DNA of 61,937 nt, the filler included, from Vannella sp. (Eukaryota): the NCBI GenBank assembly GCA_023345925.1. It is 7 parts of 7 records of this genome, joined end to end, with 100 filler letters (N's around TTAATTAATTAA, not from the genome) between each part and the next. Parts side by side here need not be neighbours in the genome. Positions count along the whole stretch, not along the records: positions 53,909 to 61,937 come from JAJQQN010000404.1; 6 more parts are not named here. One strand, given 5' to 3'. Position numbers and translations under genes: made by a program. Below are positions 56,505 through 61,937 of the stretch, in pieces. The stretch's first letter is position 1; each line of letters begins with the position of its first letter. Below the pieces are notes generated by a model. It was given only the letters and a program-made list of their open reading frames with translations. It did no database searches and was not told the origin of the DNA.

Positions 56505-59500
56505 CTATTGAGAAGTGCGAATCTCAATGAGGAAATTGTAAAACTCTGCACATTGGAAGAGAAGTCCGTCGAACTTGACAGAAAGTTGCATCTCAGCTTC
56601 GATTGGGAGCTTAAGGATAGTAGCAGATACCGAGAGGCGAAGGATGAGCATGTAATTCAGAAGTGCTTCGGACCAAACACTCAAACGACGGTTGAGAGAG
56701 GCATCGCGGCTCTTCTTTTCCATTGCGCCAAGTCCCACTCGGATCTTCTTGATAGCCTCAGAAACCTCAATGACAACAGAGGACATCGTGCGCTCATCCA
56801 AGCTATCCAAGCCAGCAAGACTTTCAACCTTACGACCTATTTGCTTCATCTGAAGCACAAGGGCCCGGTCAAGGTCGGAAGTGAACTCAATCTCACCAAG
56901 TTGGTTGACAATATCAGAAACACTGTCAGCCAAACGGTTAAAATCAGTGGCTTGAGCTTCAAGGCTCATCATTGTCTCTCCAATGTCGCGGTCCATTGTC
57001 TTGGAGAGTTGTCGGAACTCCAAGAGGATCTTCTTGGCCATTGTGTTGGTATCTTCATTAGGCTTGGATCCCTGAGCCCACAATCTGCGCGCTTCATTAA
57101 TGAGCTCGAGCGTGGATCTCTCAATAATAGATGCAGAACTATTCAAAGCCCCACGGGAGGACTTGTTTGCACATTGAGCAGCTTTGCATTTGACCAGCTG
57201 CGACAACTTAAGGCAAGTAAAAGCGGCAGTTTTGCACGCCTCATCCAAATTGTCTTTCAAATCGCCATTGCCGGCCTCAAGGATCTTGGTAATATGCTCT
57301 GCACAGATCTGGGAAGTGTTTGTGACGTAGTCAGAGCTTGCCACTTCACAAAAGCGGAAGAACTTGTACACACAATCCACCATTTGCTTCGTATGGGAGA
57401 GAAGATCGTCTCGGAGTCCAGTATCCTTTGGACTGGAGTTGAGGCCTTTCACCGTTTGGATGAGGCCCTTTACTAATCCTTGAAGAGCCAATGCGTTGGC
57501 CAGGACGTCTTTCTTCTCTTCGTCGCCAAAGAGAGATGCGAACTTCTTCACAACTACAAAGAGGTTCTTCAACGCATCTGCGGCACCTTTAAGAGAGCCA
57601 TTAAGAGCAGCAATTTCGGGAGGACCAAATGTTGGAGGCAGTCCAGCTCTGACTAGTGCACTAACTGCTGTGGTCATTTCAGCAACGTTGACAAGCGAAT
57701 AAACGGACTGGAGAGGTACGTCTTGAGTGATGAGGTTCTGCAAAGAGTGAACTCGCTCGTATCCCATTTCCCCTACCGTGGCACTGTCTGAATCATCCAC
57801 TGTGCGAGATGTTGCCTTGTTTTGCATCATGGCAAGCGCCTGTGCATGAGCTCGAGCTGCGATTTCCTCCGGTGTAGCCTTTGGTACCACAACTTTGGGT
57901 GCCACAACCTCCTTAGGCTCAGGTGTTTTGGGAGCTGGTTCGTCCACCTTCGTTTCTGTGGGCTCCACTTGAATTGGGGCTGGCTCTTCCGGTGCTATCT
58001 CCTTGGCAGTCTGCTCTTGTTGAGTTTCAGGCTCTTCAGGCTCTTCAGGCGAACGAGTTTCGAGCTTTGGAAGTACCACCTCATCAGTGGCACTTTGGTC
58101 TTTGGTCAAGAGAAGGATCTCGTGAAGTTCTGGAGAGAACTTGGCGGCGATTTCGAGAGGACTCTTCCCTGAGCTATCTCTCTGATTCACATCCGCTCCC
58201 ACTCCGAGGAGATACTGTGCAATGAGGCAAGAGCGATCATCACCAGCTGAGGCACAAATAGACAACGGGGACTGGCCTTCTTTGTCCTTTGCATTGACAT
58301 CCACTGGCATTGGTTTCAGCCGGGTCAGGTACTCCAGCATTTCAACATGTCCCATCTGGCACACAATATGCAAGGCGCTCCTCCCCTTTGCATCCACTTC
58401 ACTGAATCTCTCAGGATTCTCTTGGTAAATGCGGCGAAGAGCACCAATGTCGCCCTCTCGCGCAGCCTCAAGAGGAGATTCAATGCGGAACAAGAGATGA
58501 AAGTTCTGAATGCAAGTGACAGTGATGGCGTTGGCATTCTCCATGTCCTCTACCATCGTTGCCGGGTTGATTTCTCGGTCATACAAGATGTTTGGCCCAA
58601 TAACGGTTGAAAGGTTGGTCGGGCCCATCTTGGTGACGTCCTGGTACTCGACAATCTTCGACAGGACGCCCAACAGTCTCTTGAACATCGCCCTGTGTGC
58701 AGGTGGAAGCTTGGCAATGAGTCCCTTAAGGCATTCAACCCGGTCACTGTCTTCCTCCAGCTCATTGGCCTTCACAAAAGCTGGGTAGAGCTCGTACGTG
58801 AGGAGAGGCTCCGGAAGCTCTCGGAGGAACTGCTTGAAGAGAGCTGGAATGATGTGCGCGTCTGGTACATCAGCAAAGTCAACGTTCTCTCCAGCATCGA
58901 TCCTCTCTTGGATGGCCATGAGGGCACTCTTCATCGCAGAGATACGGAAAACACCTTCTAAAGTAGGCGCTGTGATCATCAAGCGAGCAATCATCTGCTC
59001 GACGATGACAGGAACCTCAGTTTGGTTCCTCCGGTTGAGCTCTTCAAGAGATACTCCGAACACCTTGGCGCTGGCAGCCTCTTTGAAGCTGTTCTTCGAG
59101 GTAGAGCGAGTGCTTTTCTCTGACTGATGAGCAGAGAGAGACTCAGCGTGGTGCGCGCGATAACGATCGACTTCAGTCCGAAGATTGAGCGTCCATTTGG
59201 CGCATTTGGAGTGGAACTCCGTGTGAGCATCCCAGTACGCGCACATCCATTGCAAAAGAACGAGCTCTATCTCTCTCACTGCGTCCTTGAGAGTCACGAG
59301 CGCTTCCGAACCAGCCGTGAAGTAAGCTTCCTTGGCAAAGTCGATTTCAGCTTCTGTCGCTCCCTTGCGACCCAGAGCTCCCTCATAGGTGACCTTAGTC
59401 TTGATGAAGTTCTTGCGCGAGTTCTTTGCAGCTGTAAAGATCGGGGTGGTCCTGCTAGAGAGCGCCTCCACCACGTTTCGGTTCATTACGCCTCCCTGGG

Positions 59501-60046
59501 TTCGTCCTTGAGTCACCCGAGCTTATCTGAAGCCAAGAGGTTCTTACGTAGTCTGTGAAGAAGCGAGCGAAGTTCAATTGGAAGTCTCGGGTCTTAGCAA
59601 AGCAATCCACTTGGATAACCACTTCAGAACCACACAAAGTAGAAGAGGGAGGTCTTACGGAGGACAGGGTCGGCATCGTACTGAGCTACTTTGTCATAGA
59701 ACGAGATGAGTCCATCACTGGCCCGCTTGGTCTCCTCTGCATAGCCTGTTGAAGCAAAAGGGACAATTTGAGAAACTCCAGTTCGTGAGGCATTGAGGAC
59801 TGACCTTGAGCACCTCGAACTTCCTTACGAAAGCGACCAACAATGTCGGAAGTGTACGTCTTGTAGTCCTCGCATCTCTTCAAACCAGTCAAACCTCCAT
59901 CAACCCAACTAACTCCGCCTGCAGGCGCCCCCTACCTCATACAAGCTCTCCACCTGGTCCGAAGCAGGTGACTCGGTGAATCGCCCAGCCTTGGGAGTGG
60001 ACGAGCGACGACTGAAGCGCTGCGCAAAGCTCGAGGAAGTGCGCAT
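56505..60046 (-). CDS. BAR-like - RhoGAP - ankyrin - talin/vinculin-like helical bundle protein (5' exons tentative)
   Basis: Helical BAR-like N-terminus. RhoGAP: VFGVSL..EGVFRIS..FLRELPEPLLT..KMGPTNLSTVIGPNIL. Ankyrins: GRSALHIVC, GQSPL, GKSPL. An acidic/Pro linker precedes Ala/Leu-rich amphipathic helices. Confidence 0.8.
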
Positions 60047-60122
60047 CGGCCCGACCTCTCAGAAAATGAAGGCTTTTGGGCAGTCGCTCTTATTTATGAT
60101 TTGTTCTTCATTTCTTGGTGGG

Positions 60123-61937
60123 ATGATGCGTCTGACCCTCGGGGAGAGGACTTTGGTCTGTTGTGGGGAGAAAGGGAAGTCTCTTGTGATCTACAGGAGT
60201 GATGGGCGGATGGAAGAGGTGGAGAAAGCGGGGGATTCGTTTGGAGAACTGAGGACAGCGGTGGGGCTGCTGGGAATGATCGATCTGCAAGAGAACTCGT
60301 ACTTTGTTACCTGCACTTCGGCCTCTCTCCTCGGGAACATTGCTTCAGAGCCTATCTATCGGCTAGACGCTTTCGACATCATTCCTCTTCGACTTGGTCT
60401 CGCTCCTGTGCGTCCTCTCCCCTGCAAAGAGGCGGATTGTTTGATTGATGGCGGGGTAGAGCAAAGAAGAGCGTAGACAACTCGCCATGATCAAGAGAAT
60501 GCTTAACATACCTCATCTATACTATTCGCCTGCCTTGGATATCACAAAGAACCTTCAAACAGCCTCCCCCTTCAAAGGCTCTCACTCGGACTCGTTTCAG
60601 TCCCGGTTTGCCTGGAATAACCACCTGGCAGCGCCTTTTCTTCGTTCAGGAGTAAGTGCAGATATGCTTATACACTAGTGAACGCTCATTAGGAGTCAGA
60701 TGGCCCACTGGCTCGAAGTAATCATTTGTGGATTCGTGAAGATCCTTCCCGACTGTCTGACACACAACAACCAAGTATTTGGCATGGCACTGGTGTCTAG
60801 ACGTAGTCGTTTAAGGGCAGGCACTCGTTACTGGCGCCGTGGGGCTGATGTCCACGGAAATGTAGCCAACGAGGTTGAAACGGAGCAGATTCTCTTCAGG
60901 CATGAGGACCAGACTCTTTCAAGCTTCCTTCAGTTGAGAGGCTCGATTCCTTTCTTTTGGACGCAGTTACCAGCCTTCAAAGTGATTCCTCCGATAGTCA
61001 TTGACGAAGGGGTTAGTCGAAGAGAATGCGAATCGGAGCACTCCCTTAAAGATTGAATAGGAACAGAGCAATCTCGCGTTCAAGAAGCACCTGAGAAGTC
61101 TTAAAGATCGCTACGGAGAGGTGGTAGCGGTGAGCCTTATCAAACACTCTGGATTCGAAAGTAGTTTGAGTGAAAAGTATCTTTCCTTGGCTGCAGACAA
61201 TCAATTGATGTATGAGCGTGTCCCATCTTCTCAACGACCTCTCATTCCTTCCAAAGGGTCTTTCCATTTGATTTACATGCAAAATGCACTCACACCGATT
61301 TCTCGAACCTCGCTGAGTTGGAGAGAGACCTTTCTCCCACCTTGCTTCAGCACGGGTGAGTTTTCAGCAATCCAGACTCGGTTTTTAACCCCTGCCGTAG
61401 CTACTTCTGTCGAAAGTCCCATCAACTGACTCAGAAAGGAATTATACGAACGAATTGCCAGGATAACCTTGACAGAACCAACCTCGTTCAGGTACATGAA
61501 AGTGATTGAATGGCTAGAATCTAACCATCTCTAGTCCATGATTGCGCAGAGGTTTATTCAACAAGCTCTCGTTGATTTTGGAGTCTTTGGTGAAGGGGAC
61601 ACTCTCCACAAACTGCCACAAATGCACACCCAATTCCGGAATAGTGAGGTACTCTGCTTATAACTTCTAGTCACTCACTTGTGCCAGTGTGGGCTGATCA
61701 TGCGGATGTGATTAGTCTTCAATACTCAGAAACGGGCGCTTTGAATACTCTGTTTACAAGAACTGGCGCCACAAACTGGGCAGCGAAACTTCAAGATAGA
61801 TTCATCTCTGCAAAGCGATTTGTCCTGAATAATCTGGCTGGAAGGGCTAAGCAGAATGAGTTTGATCTCTTCTTGGGGAATGAATCTTCCGCTGCCATTG
61901 CCAAGGCCAAGCACACCGTGAGAACCCTCTTCGCCCC
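60123..61937 (+). CDS. SAC1: SAC1-family phosphoinositide phosphatase (3' truncated, multi-exon)
   Basis: YYS..DIT, RFAWNNHL, SRRS..RAGTRY.RRG.D..GNVANEVETEQI, RGSIPFFW.Q, catalytic RTNCQDNLDRTN (CX5RT), and WADH.D.ISLQYS.TGAL..FTRTG. Confidence 0.92.

Noticed and set aside
56508..57476. 322-aa plus-strand ORF
   Set aside because: Antisense shadow of the RhoGAP-ankyrin gene with no motifs.
1..61937. Alternative genetic code, programmed frameshifts or pseudogenes to explain broken ORFs
   Set aside because: The breaks I checked are resolved by short GT-AG introns in consistent phase, and conserved genes end in TAA, TAG or TGA normally.
1..61937. Transposons, integrated viruses, rRNA, CRISPR arrays
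   Set aside because: No transposase, reverse transcriptase, capsid, rRNA-like or repeat-spacer signatures were seen. The repeat-nuclease has no visible terminal repeats or target-site duplications.

Overview
This window is eukaryotic nuclear DNA, not prokaryotic. It consists of seven unrelated contigs joined by artificial 100-nt N44-TTAATTAATTAA-N44 spacers: 1-13204, 13305-30053, 30154-37050, 37151-42211, 42312-48289, 48390-53808 and 53909-61937. The genome is extremely gene-dense, with short (~40-75 nt) GT-AG introns, so the ORF track fragments most genes; I rebuilt gene models by hand. The gene set (Roco kinase, Clu-domain proteins, soluble-cyclase-like giant, family C GPCR, several RhoGAPs) suggests an amoebozoan-like protist, which is an inference. 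Recognisable housekeeping genes are LSM1, SEC61B, CtIP/Sae2, XPC, XDH, NSA2, PEMT, SAC1, a ZIP transporter and tRNA-Glu(CTC). The most striking items are: (1) a protein with six ~75-aa tandem helical repeats fused to an apparently intact C-terminal PD-(D/E)xK/Vsr-like nuclease, a natural TALEN/FASTK-like architecture (27369-29342); (2) a giant RCC1-cyclase-cyclase-NTPase-PH-PAS signalling protein whose PH and PAS tail only appears after splicing; (3) an LRRK1-like ANK-LRR-Roc-COR-kinase-WD40 protein; (4) a kinase-SH3-RPEL-DEP-DUF547 fusion; (5) bacterial-type genes (an OafA-like AT3-SGNH acetyltransferase and a DUF5367-like membrane protein). All domain calls come from motif recognition by eye; no database searches were run.
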